From: Planctomycetota bacterium
Lineage (GTDB): Bacteria; Planctomycetota; UBA8108; SXIK01
NCBI GenBank assembly: GCA_965223845.1
Contig: CBDCXR010000004.1
Coordinates: 5,216,001-5,280,000 of the forward strand
DNA: 64,000 nt
Direction: 5' to 3'
The translations under genes were made by a program, and so were the position numbers. A model generated the notes under the pieces. The model did not search any database and was not told the DNA's origin. It saw only the letters and a list, made by a program, of their open reading frames with translations. Positions 27,712-36,798 of this stretch are shown here, in pieces. Each line of letters opens with the position of its first letter. Within the stretch, counting starts at the first letter, position 1.

Positions 27712-28260
27712 TCACACCACGTCGACGACCTTCGTCCCCGCAAGGAAGTCGTGGAGGCACCGCCGCTCCGAATTAAAAATGAGGAGGACGTCGATCAGGT
27801 TGATCAGGCCTCCGACCGGAACGAGGCCCACAAACATGAATACGATGTAGCGCACGAGACCGGCGCGAAGGAATCCCGGGTTGCTTTCGTCCGAAACGAG
27901 GACGATGCGAATCCCGAGCACTCGCTTGAAGATCGTCTGTCCGCGCTGGGAGAGCCAGACGAGGTTGACGGTGAGAATCGCGAGCCAGATCACCGCGGAG
28001 ACGATCCCGAGCGGAGCGGAAAAGACCTCGCCGTAGTCGATCCCGAGCTCCGAGTCATCCGAGTTCGCGAGGGTCTCGAACATCACGAACCCACCGGGGA
28101 TCCACGCGATACCGTAAAGCAGTCCGTCGAGAATCGCGGCGAGGAGCCGCGTCCCGCGTCCCGCGAGCGGAGCACCGCCGGTCGCGGTCTCGATCTGCGC
28201 CTCCGGAGTCGCGTACGGGTTGGTTTCCGCGTCCGGGTTTTCGTTCGGCTCGAAATCCAT
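27712..28260 (-). CDS. RDD-family membrane protein with N-terminal NPYxxP motif
   Basis: NPYATP, LAGRGTRLLAAILD, GQT.FKR.LGIRIV, RCLHD.LAGTKVV. Confidence 0.88.
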   Translation of the reverse strand: MDFEPNENPDAETNPYATPEAQIETATGGAPLAGRGTRLLAAILDGLLYGIAWIPGGFVMFETLANSDDSELGIDYGEVFSAPLGIVSAVIWLAILTVNLVWLSQRGQTIFKRVLGIRIVLVSDESNPGFLRAGLVRYIVFMFVGLVPVGGLINLIDVLLIFNSERRCLHDFLAGTKVVDVV

Positions 28261-28435
28261 CGCGCTCTCCCCAACTCAACCATCAGCCCCACCCCGCCGA
28301 GCGGCCGCGGCATTGTACTCTTGGAACATCGACGATTCCACCGCTCGCGAATCGGCGTCAGCAGTTGCTCATGACTCGCAGGGTCCCCTAAGATAGAGTT
28401 CGCTAGTTTGGTCTTCGCGCCAGGAGCACATCTCG

Positions 28436-29290
28436 ATGACACCGCGTCTCGCCGCCACGATCGCGCTCGCCGCCCTGCTCACTCCATCGGTTGCCGCTCT
28501 CCCCGAAGCGCCGGCGAAGGCGAGCGCGACGATCGGATTCGACGAAGAGAAGAAATCGAGAGGGCGGAGCCGGGGTGGACGGAAGGATGACTCGTCCCTC
28601 CCGAGTGCGGGTTATGCGAAGAAGCTCCGCACGAACATGGTCGAGACCGTCAGCGTTGGCGACCTCGAGATGCGCGTCGCCTACCTTCCCGACGTCTATC
28701 TCTACGAGATGGCCCTCGGGATGGACGAGCTCCGAAAGCGCGGAGTCGCCGGCGAAAAGCTCGTCGAGAAGCTGCGCGCGCTCCACCGAAAGCACAAGAA
28801 GGACCAGCGGAAGACGCGGTTCTTCGTCGAGCTCGTCCCGAAGAAGGGCAGCTTCATCTTTCTTTCGAGCAAACCGAAGAACCAGTTCCTACTTCGTGAG
28901 AAGAGGAAGCGGAGCTTCACGATGAAGCTGGTGAAGGGGAAGCTTCAGCCGACGCGCTGGCAGATCTTCGAGTATCCGCCGAATCAGCCGAGGAAGACTT
29001 ACTTCAAGACGCTCGCACGCGTCGAGAAGCCGATCTCGCTGACCCTCGTCACGAATGCGATCAAACGCGGTGGGACGGATCCGATCTTCGTCGAGCTCGC
29101 GAGTGTGGTTCAACAGAAGGCGAGCAAGGATCCCGCCGACAGCATCAACCAGTCTCGCCGGCAGCTCTCGTGCGTCGAGTGGGGCCAGGTCGTCTCGGAG
29201 CCGCTCGGCGTCGTCTTCTATCCGAAAAAGTGGAAGCGGCCGAAGCCGCCCAAGGGCTTCCGTTCACTGATCGAGCAGCTCAATCAGTGA
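28436..29290 (+). CDS. Hypothetical secreted Lys-rich protein
   Basis: Signal-peptide-like N-terminus; host-like codon usage; GTGA overlap with cinA. Confidence 0.65.
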   Translation: MTPRLAATIALAALLTPSVAALPEAPAKASATIGFDEEKKSRGRSRGGRKDDSSLPSAGYAKKLRTNMVETVSVGDLEMRVAYLPDVYLYEMALGMDELRKRGVAGEKLVEKLRALHRKHKKDQRKTRFFVELVPKKGSFIFLSSKPKNQFLLREKRKRSFTMKLVKGKLQPTRWQIFEYPPNQPRKTYFKTLARVEKPISLTLVTNAIKRGGTDPIFVELASVVQQKASKDPADSINQSRRQLSCVEWGQVVSEPLGVVFYPKKWKRPKPPKGFRSLIEQLNQ

Positions 29291-30642
29291 CGGCGTCGGA
29301 TGAGACGGGCCCCGCGTCGCCGACCGCAATCGTCCTCCTGACGGGATCGGAGCTCGTCCGCGGAGAGACGCGGGACGAAAACGGTGCGTACCTCGGCCGG
29401 CAGCTCACCCTTCTCGGTGTACGCGTGCGCGAGGTGCTTGTCATTCCCGACGATCCCGCGTTCATTCGAGATGAAATCCGGCGGGCCGTCGAATCAGCCG
29501 ACGTCGTAGTTTCAAGCGGAGGGCTCGGTCCGACCGCCGACGATCACGTCGTCGCGGCCGCGGCGGAGGCGCTCGGCCGAGGAGTCGTGCGCGACGAGGA
29601 GGCCGCCGCCCGCATGGAACGCCGCGTGCGCGAGAGGCTCGGTCCGGACCACCGACTCCCGAGCAACTTCTTTCATCAAGCCGACGTCGTGGAAGGCGCC
29701 GAAGTGCTTCAAAACCCGGTCGGACTCGCGCCCGGGATCGTCGTCGACACGAAACGCGGCTTCCTCGCGATTCTTCCCGGCGTGCCGCGTGAGTTCCGCG
29801 CGCTCGTCGAGCGCGAAGTTCTTCCGCGCGTTCGCGACCGATTCGAGCTCGAGCCGCCACGCGTCTTTCGAGCGAAGCTCATCGGCGAGAAGGAGTCGTG
29901 GGCCGAAGAGAAGCTCCAAGGCCTCGGGCTCGATCTCGAGCGCCTCGAGTACGGGATCACCGCGAAGCCCGGCGACCTCACGATCAAGCTCATCGCGCAC
30001 CGGCCGAAGGATTACCCTCTCGTCGACGACGCGAAGGAATGTCTAGCCGCCGCGTTCGGAGATGCGTTCGTCCCCCTCCCCGAAGGCCTCGACGCCACTA
30101 CGACCGAAATGCCCGGGCGCGCGGCGTCGCTCACGCTTCACTCGCGCGTCGTTCACGAAGCGCTCCTCGCCGCGAAGAAGAAGCTCGCGACCGCGGAATC
30201 CTGCACGGGCGGACTCATCGCCGCCGAGCTCACGCATCACGCCGGGTCGTCGGAATACCTGCTCGGCGGGATCGTCTCGTACGCAAACGAAGTCAAAGCC
30301 GGCGCGCTCGGCGTCGCGGAGAAGCTCCTCGAGGAGCACGGCGCGGTTTCGGAGCCCGTGTGCCGCGCGATGGTCACGGGTGCGCTCACGAAGCTCGGCG
30401 CGGACATCGCCGTTGCGACCACGGGCATCGCCGGCCCCGGAGGCGGAAGCGCGGAAAAGCCCGTCGGGCTCGTCTACATCGGCGCGGGAACGGTCGAAGG
30501 GGCGGGCGAACCGGCGATCACTGTCGCGCGCCACGAGTTCTACGGCGATCGCGACGCGGTCCGACGTCAGGCAGCGCTCCACGCGCTCGAGATGGTGCGG
30601 CGGCTGGTTGTGCGCGGAGAGAACGAGAACCACGGACGATAG
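29287..30642 (+). CDS. cinA: CinA (molybdopterin-binding-like domain + NMN deamidase PncC domain)
   Basis: GSEL..G...DEN, SGGLGPT.DD, LPGVPRE; TAESCTGG, YANEVK, HGAVS, TGIAGPGGG...KPVG.V. GTG start at 29287. Confidence 0.92.
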   Translation: MTASDETGPASPTAIVLLTGSELVRGETRDENGAYLGRQLTLLGVRVREVLVIPDDPAFIRDEIRRAVESADVVVSSGGLGPTADDHVVAAAAEALGRGVVRDEEAAARMERRVRERLGPDHRLPSNFFHQADVVEGAEVLQNPVGLAPGIVVDTKRGFLAILPGVPREFRALVEREVLPRVRDRFELEPPRVFRAKLIGEKESWAEEKLQGLGLDLERLEYGITAKPGDLTIKLIAHRPKDYPLVDDAKECLAAAFGDAFVPLPEGLDATTTEMPGRAASLTLHSRVVHEALLAAKKKLATAESCTGGLIAAELTHHAGSSEYLLGGIVSYANEVKAGALGVAEKLLEEHGAVSEPVCRAMVTGALTKLGADIAVATTGIAGPGGGSAEKPVGLVYIGAGTVEGAGEPAITVARHEFYGDRDAVRRQAALHALEMVRRLVVRGENENHGR

Positions 30643-30816
30643 GCTACGTTTCCGCGGACTGAAAGAACGTCACCTCGTAGCGACTGAGGTCGGTGACACC
30701 CTCCTCGGGGAAGTGCACTTCGACCGCCCGCTCGGGGAAATCTCTCCGGAGCTTTGTTTCCCATCGCGGAGCCGCGAATCTTGGCCGGGAGAGCCGGTCC
30801 GTGCTAAGCTCGGCGT

Positions 30817-31220
30817 ATGGAGCAAAGTCTTCAAAACCTCACGCCTGAAGCGCGAGAAGCCGTCGAGAGGCGTGCGCGCGAGAGCGGCCGTTCCGTCGAT
30901 GACGTACTCTCTGAGCTTGTCGTGCTCGGAGCTGCCAACGGGTCTCGGTCAGCGAGCAAAGACAACGACGCGCTGCTCGAAGAGATTCGAGCCTTTGCGC
31001 TCCAGTATCGGGCCTTCGGGTTTGGAGCGACACCGCGCGGGAACTTCTGGAAGCAACGCGACTCGCATCGGAGCTGTCGAAAACCTCCTACGACATGAGC
31101 TACCTGTTTCTCGCGACCGAGCTCGAGTGCCGGTGGTGCACAGCCGACGAGAAGGCGGTGAGAGGGCAAGGCGAGAAGTTTCCGCTTGAGCGAGTCGAGC
31201 TCCTCGCTGACCGGGGCTGA
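30817..31220 (+). pseudogene. Internally deleted vapBC/fitAB-like toxin-antitoxin remnant
   Basis: RHH-antitoxin-like N-terminus (QNLTPEAREAVERRARESGRSVDDVL). A different frame gives ...ELLEATRLASELSKTSYDMSYLFLATELECRWCTADEKA...* (stop 31218-31220), resembling a PIN C-terminal half; no PIN N-terminus is present. Confidence 0.6.
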
Positions 31221-32034
31221 CGAGGAGGCAAACAAACGCCTCGATTCGCTTCCCCCCTGAAGAAAAAACGAGGACCCAAGGCGCGTCGATTCGCCCGCGC
31301 CTCGAAGCTCGCTCGCCAAGTGCTCCCATCTCTCCGCGAGAAGCGGCTGCGCGTCGCGTGCCCCCTGCGCGAGAGGCTCGAAGACGTCCACGAGGCGTCG
31401 CCGCTCCGAAGCGATCTCTTTGCCGAGCTCGCGCTCGGTCGCAGCAGCGTCCGATCCGGCGACAACTCCGCCACGCTGCCTCGACCCCCCAACGAAATCC
31501 GGAGACGATCGGCCGATGATCCTCGCGAGTCTCTCCGTCACCCACTCAGCGATCTCGCGCGATCCTACCGAACCGCGCGGACAGCGCCCGAGAACGCCAC
31601 CTCGGATTCGCCGCCGCGATCGAACGAGCGAAAGAAACCCGCGGCCGATTCACGGCTCTCGAGGAGGGAAGCGGCCGACGTTGCGACCGAGAACAAGAAC
31701 CAAAGCCCCAGAGCAAAGAGCGCGAATGAGACGGATGTGGCGACCAGAGTCTCCGAGGGGTCGGAATCGCGCGCGGGGTCGGTCGACTGGGTCGTCTCGG
31801 GGTACTGCGTGGAGTTCATGGTCCCGACTGCTCCTGGTTCGTGATCGTCAGGGCGACAACCGCCCTCTGTCCGATCACGCGCAATCGGAGTGCGAGATCC
31901 GTCAAGATTCTCCGAGCGAGCTCTTCCCCGTTCGACGGACCCGTCCGCGGACTAGGCACAAACGGCTTGAACGACGAGACTTACGCGTCGACGCCGCTTC
32001 CCCTCGAGGCCCACGCCGGTGGTCGCGATCGACG

Positions 32035-33369
32035 CTACTCCATCCGCCCGAGTACCCGCTTGGCCGCGGCGCGGACTTCGCGTTCGGTGTCGGGCGCGGT
32101 CGCGGCGTGAACGAGCGCGGGCCGCGACTGGGGCCCGAGGAAATCGAGGACTCGCTCGACCTGCGTCCGGACGTCACCGCTCGCGTGGGCGAGAGCGCCG
32201 ATCAGGATCGGCACCGTCTCGGGATACCTGCCGCCGAGAGCCCAGAGCGATTGGAAGGCTCGCTCGGCCGCTAGCTCACCGCGGTCGGCGAGGACGTCGA
32301 TCACGGCCGGCACCGCCGCGACACCGATGCGCTCGAGTGCGTCGTGCGCGTGGTGGAGAAGCTCGGCCTCCGGTTCGCCGAAGAGTTGCGCGATCCGTGC
32401 GGCGGCTGGCTCCGCCGCAGGTCCGAGGTAACCGAGACCCTGAATCGCGGTTCTTCTCAGCTCGAGATCATCGTCGTCGAGCAGGCGGACGAGCGTCGGA
32501 ACGATCTCCGGTCGCGGATCGACGCGAACGAGCGCTCGCGCGCATTGCGCCCGGAGCACGGGCAACTCGGAAGAGTCGCCGGCGAGGGTGCGGAGATCCG
32601 TGCTCGCCGAGGCGGCCCGATCCCCGCAGCGCCCGAGGACATTGGCGGCCCACGATCGCTCATAGTAGTCGTCGCGGAGCAGCCGCTCGCGGAGCAGGGG
32701 GACGACGGACTTCCCCCACTTGGGATCGGCCACGACCGCCGCGATGCGACTTCGAAACGAGTTGTCGCGACCGTCGAGCTCGGCGACGAGGGCGCGAAAG
32801 GCACGATCGCCGATGCGGCTGAGCACCTCTCCCACGCGCTGGTCTCCGTAAAACTCCCGACGACGCGAAAACGTCCGGATGAGCGGCGGAACGCTGAACG
32901 ATCCGAGCGCGACGAGTGCGTCCGCAGCAGCCGAGCGATCCGGCCGAAACAGCGCCATCGACCCGTCCGGAGCGGTAATGACGGACGCACCGATCTCGCG
33001 CCCGAGCGTCAAGCGGTCGATGAGGGCGGGTATCGCGCGCTCGGCTCGCGCCCCCATCCTCCCCAGGTACTCGGCCGCGATGCGCGAGAGCTCACCCTCG
33101 CCGGTCCGCACACACTCCGCAAACGCCTCGACAACTGCGCGAGACGGCGTCGGCGCGAGAGCGTGAAGAGCGCGCTCTCGGTCGGGCCCGACCGCGAGCT
33201 CGTGAAGCCACCAACGCTGCCGGGCGAGCCGATACGCAAAGGGAGATCCGAGTGCGAGAACGGCGAGCGCCAGAGTGAGCGCCACCCAGACCGTCCTCCG
33301 AGACTTTCGCCGTAGCACCACCGGTCCGGTCCGCCTCTTCTTCGTGCCGGGTCTTCGCTCGGCGTTCAC
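32035..33369 (-). CDS. HEAT-repeat protein with N-terminal membrane anchor
   Basis: Basic N-terminus and TM helix, then repeated A..LG.(M/L)G..A..A(I/V)P.L units. Confidence 0.8.
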   Translation of the reverse strand: MNAERRPGTKKRRTGPVVLRRKSRRTVWVALTLALAVLALGSPFAYRLARQRWWLHELAVGPDRERALHALAPTPSRAVVEAFAECVRTGEGELSRIAAEYLGRMGARAERAIPALIDRLTLGREIGASVITAPDGSMALFRPDRSAAADALVALGSFSVPPLIRTFSRRREFYGDQRVGEVLSRIGDRAFRALVAELDGRDNSFRSRIAAVVADPKWGKSVVPLLRERLLRDDYYERSWAANVLGRCGDRAASASTDLRTLAGDSSELPVLRAQCARALVRVDPRPEIVPTLVRLLDDDDLELRRTAIQGLGYLGPAAEPAAARIAQLFGEPEAELLHHAHDALERIGVAAVPAVIDVLADRGELAAERAFQSLWALGGRYPETVPILIGALAHASGDVRTQVERVLDFLGPQSRPALVHAATAPDTEREVRAAAKRVLGRME

Positions 33370-33521
33370 GCGACTCCACTCTGCGGCGGGCCGCGCAGTC
33401 CCCCTTTTTCCGAGCGTTCGAGTAAACTGATGCTATTCTCGTCCGGTCTCGATCGCATGCGAAACTTCCCCGAGACGGTTTCCTCGGGGCGGCTGCGCGT
33501 CATCGCCGATACCTTCGGTCC

Positions 33522-34058
33522 ATGAACAACCCGAACCTCACCTGGAAAGAGTACAGCGCGAACAAGATCTCGCACTCCGTCGCGCACTACCTCATGACGC
33601 TGCGCGACCTGAAGGCGACGCGGGGGTACGCACGCGTTACCGATCTCGCGGACGCCCTCGGAGTCACGAAGGGGACGGTCTCCGGCCAGGTGCGGCAGCT
33701 CAAGGATCGCGGTTTCGTGGTGGAGGATGACGCGCATCACTTGTGTCTCACCGACGCAGGCGAAGCCGCCGCTCGACAGGTTCTCTACAATCGCGGCACG
33801 CTCATTCGCTTTCTCAGCACGGTGCTCGGGGTCGAGCCCGGACAAGCGGAGATCGACGCGTGCAAAATGGAGCACCTCCTCAGCCCCGAGACCGGACACA
33901 AGCTTCTCGAGCTGGTCCAGCTCCTCCTCTCTTCCGATCCGAGCGCGGCGCGGCTCCTCGCGAAGCTCGAGACCACAACGCCTTCCGAATCGACCGCCCA
34001 TCCGCGAGCGGCAACGACCGAGAAGGCAGACGATGACGCGGGCTCGCCCGAAGGCTGA
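33522..34058 (+). CDS. DtxR/MntR-family metal-dependent transcriptional regulator
   Basis: HYL......GYARVTDLA..LGVTKGTVS.....L, LT..G, FL..VLGV....AE.DAC.MEH. Confidence 0.88.
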   Translation: MNNPNLTWKEYSANKISHSVAHYLMTLRDLKATRGYARVTDLADALGVTKGTVSGQVRQLKDRGFVVEDDAHHLCLTDAGEAAARQVLYNRGTLIRFLSTVLGVEPGQAEIDACKMEHLLSPETGHKLLELVQLLLSSDPSAARLLAKLETTTPSESTAHPRAATTEKADDDAGSPEG

Positions 34059-34124
34059 CCTCGCCCGCTCGCCTAAGACAACCGGCGCGATCATTCGCGC
34101 GAAGACTCAGACGAGGTACTCTCG

Positions 34125-34658
34125 ATGAATCTGAATATCGTTGGGGGCGGAGCCCCGATGTACGATCCCGCCGCGGTGCAGCCGATGCGCGATGAGCTGG
34201 TGAAGGTGGGGATCGAAGAGCTCCTCACGGCAGACGATGTCGACAAGGCGCTCGGCGGTGACAGCACGGCTCTCGTCGTCGTGAATTCCGTCTGCGGTTG
34301 CGCCGCGGGGAACGCGCGCCCCGGGGTGATGCTCGCCCTCCAAAACCGTGTGATCCCGGACCGACTCACGACGGTGTTCGCCGGGATGGAGAAAGAGGCC
34401 GTCGCGCAGGCGCGCAGCCACATGAGCGAGTACCCGCCGTCGTCGCCTTGCATCGCGCTCTTCAAGGCGGGGAAGGTGGTTGCGATCCTCGAGCGCCATC
34501 GCATCGAGGGCCGCGGCCCGCTCGAGATCGCGCGGGAGCTCGCCGCCGCATTCGATGCGCACTGCTCGCGCCCCGGTCCGTCGATCCCCCGCGAAGAGCT
34601 GGAGAAGATCGTTCCGATCCAGGCCTGCGGTTCGCAGATCCCGCGCTTCGGCGATTAG
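34125..34658 (+). CDS. Bacilliredoxin (BrxA/BrxB, YphP/YqiW family)
   Basis: V.PMR.EL...G.EEL.T, VNSVCGCAAG.ARP, TVFAG.EKEA...AR, PPSSP..ALFK.G, RH.IEG. Confidence 0.92.
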   Translation: MNLNIVGGGAPMYDPAAVQPMRDELVKVGIEELLTADDVDKALGGDSTALVVVNSVCGCAAGNARPGVMLALQNRVIPDRLTTVFAGMEKEAVAQARSHMSEYPPSSPCIALFKAGKVVAILERHRIEGRGPLEIARELAAAFDAHCSRPGPSIPREELEKIVPIQACGSQIPRFGD

Positions 34659-35214
34659 TCTGGGATCGAGCGCCGCCCGTCAGGACGTGTTCTTCTCTCG
34701 CGAGTGTTTGCGCGAGGCAGCCGCCCGTACGCCCTAGCCGCGCCGGCTTCACCCGAGCGAGCGATCGTCGAAAACGTTCTATTCTCCGAGCGGAGGCGGG
34801 AATCGCCGAGCGTGCCCGTGCCGCGGGCTCGTCGGGCCGGGCGCGGCCCCTCCGCGGCCGGCGCGGGGCGAGATTCGACGAATCGGAAATAGCCCGATAG
34901 ACCTCGAAGGCGCCGCGCGGGTACCCTCTTCGCGCATCGCGGCGCGCCCATCGCGGGGCGCGCGCGAATCGTCAGTCTGTCGAGAGCACCGCCGGTTCGA
35001 GGGGTGGTCAACGTCTCGCGGACCCGGCGGCAGGACCACCGTTCGCACCCAGGCTGGGCGCTCGCCGATCTCCTCGCTCTCTTCGAGCAGATCGCCGACG
35101 GGCCGGTCCCCGGTCGCGTGCGGTCCGCGCGCCCGGCCCGCGGTCGAACCGCCGCTCCTCGCGGGGCATCGCGATCGGCGTCACGGAAAGCCCAAGAAGA
35201 GGAGCGCTACCGTT

Positions 35215-36504
35215 ATGATGCGCACGAAGCAGTCGACCCGCAGCTGGATCGCTGCCGCACTACTCGTTTCGAGCACTGCTTGGAGCGGACTGAACCAGTT
35301 CGACCTAGCGGCGCAAGAGCCCCCCGGCGACACTCCTGCCGTGTCGCTTCCCGACGCCGCCGTATCCACCGACGACCTCGCGGACCTTCTCAAGCCGCTC
35401 ACGAAAGACGAGCTCATCGAGCAGGTGAAGGGCTGGCAGGGCCGCCTCAAGGCGCAGGCCGAAGTCGTGAGTCAGCTCGCGATCGCGGCGCGCGCCGGTG
35501 GCGACGGGGCTCCGACCGCCGAAGCACAGCAAGCCGCGCGCGACGAGCGCCTCAGAATCGCCGACCGCATGAACGTCGCGATCGAAGCGCTTCGCGTGAA
35601 GGGCGGCGAGGTCGAGGAATTCGAAACGTACGTGAGCACGGTCTCGTCGGGCCTCGAGATCGACGCCAAGGACCCGAACGCGGTCGTGACGGCCGTGAAA
35701 GCGTGGGCGCTCTCCGACGAAGGCGGGATCCGCTGGGCGAAGAACATCGGGCTCTTCGTCGTGACCCTCATCATCTTCCGCGTTCTGGCGAAAATCGCCG
35801 GTGGAATCGTTCGGAAGGCGCTCAGCGTCACAAAGGGGAACACGTCGGCGCTCCTCCAGGATTTCCTCGTCAACAGCGTGCGAAAGGTCGTCTTCTTCGT
35901 CGGTGTGATCGTCGCGCTGTCGATGCTCGAAGTGAACATCGGTCCCTTCCTCGCCGCGATGGGCGCCGCCGGCTTCATCATCGGCTTCGCCCTCCAAGAC
36001 ACGCTCGGCAACTTCGCCGCGGGCATCATGGTTCTTCTCTATCGACCCTACGACGTCGGTGACGTGATCTCGGCGGCGGGCGTCACCGGCAAGGTCGACG
36101 CGATGAGCCTCGTCTCGACGACGCTCAAGACGCCGGACAACCAGACCGTCGTCGTTCCGAACGGGTCCATCTGGGGCGGCATCATCACGAACGTCACCGG
36201 CAATCCGACGCGGCGGGTCGACCTCGTTTTCGGAATCGGCTACGACGACGACATCGGTAAGGCGCAGGCGGTGCTCGAGGAGATTCTCGCGAACCACCCG
36301 CTCATCCTCAAAGACCCCGCCCCGGTGGTGCAGCTCCACGAGCTCGCCGACTCCTCGGTGAACTTCGTCTGCCGTCCGTGGGCGAAGACCGGCGACTACT
36401 GGGCCGTCTACTGGGATCTCACCAAGGCGGTGAAGGAGCGTTTCGACAAGGAGAAGATTTCGATTCCGTACCCGCAGACGGACGTTCACCTCCATCAGAG
36501 CTGA
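35215..36504 (+). CDS. mscS: Small-conductance mechanosensitive channel with N-terminal periplasmic helical extension
   Basis: GFALQDTLGNFAAG, RPYDVGD, T.DNQ.VVVPNG.IW, RRVDL.FGIGY, L.DSSVNF, ISIPYPQ. Confidence 0.9.
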   Translation: MMRTKQSTRSWIAAALLVSSTAWSGLNQFDLAAQEPPGDTPAVSLPDAAVSTDDLADLLKPLTKDELIEQVKGWQGRLKAQAEVVSQLAIAARAGGDGAPTAEAQQAARDERLRIADRMNVAIEALRVKGGEVEEFETYVSTVSSGLEIDAKDPNAVVTAVKAWALSDEGGIRWAKNIGLFVVTLIIFRVLAKIAGGIVRKALSVTKGNTSALLQDFLVNSVRKVVFFVGVIVALSMLEVNIGPFLAAMGAAGFIIGFALQDTLGNFAAGIMVLLYRPYDVGDVISAAGVTGKVDAMSLVSTTLKTPDNQTVVVPNGSIWGGIITNVTGNPTRRVDLVFGIGYDDDIGKAQAVLEEILANHPLILKDPAPVVQLHELADSSVNFVCRPWAKTGDYWAVYWDLTKAVKERFDKEKISIPYPQTDVHLHQS

Positions 36505-36525
36505 CCGTCTCGAGACCCGAGATCG

Positions 36526-36593
36526 CGATGGAAAACGGCTCTGTCTCCTCGCCGGCGGACGCTTCGACGAGGCGGCGGAGCCGCTTTCCATCG
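36526..36593. terminator. Long stem-loop 3' of mscS
   Basis: cgatggaaaacggctc ... gagccgctttccatcg (15/16 inverted match) with further partial inner pairing; no U-tract. Confidence 0.45.
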
Positions 36594-36798
36594 AGTTCGA
36601 GATCGGTCGGGTGGGTTCGTTTCGCGCCCCGAGGATCCCCCTCGAGTTCACTCCCCGCGAGCTGATAAGATCGGGCTCGCGACACCGAAATCGACCGGTT
36701 GTCCCCTATCCCGGACGTTTCGTTCTTCGCCACGCCTCTCCACGGAAGCGGTCGCGCCTCGGCGAACGGCACGTCCTCCCCGGCACTTCGAGGACACG

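Noticed and set aside
30831-31230. 3' part of minus-strand ORF 30831..31541
   Set aside because: Overlaps the better-supported plus-strand TA remnant.
34660-35214. Possible gene or ncRNA in the gap before mscS (ORF 35004..36062)
   Set aside because: Arg-rich out-of-frame shadow; only generic GC-rich hairpins and no recognisable RNA family.
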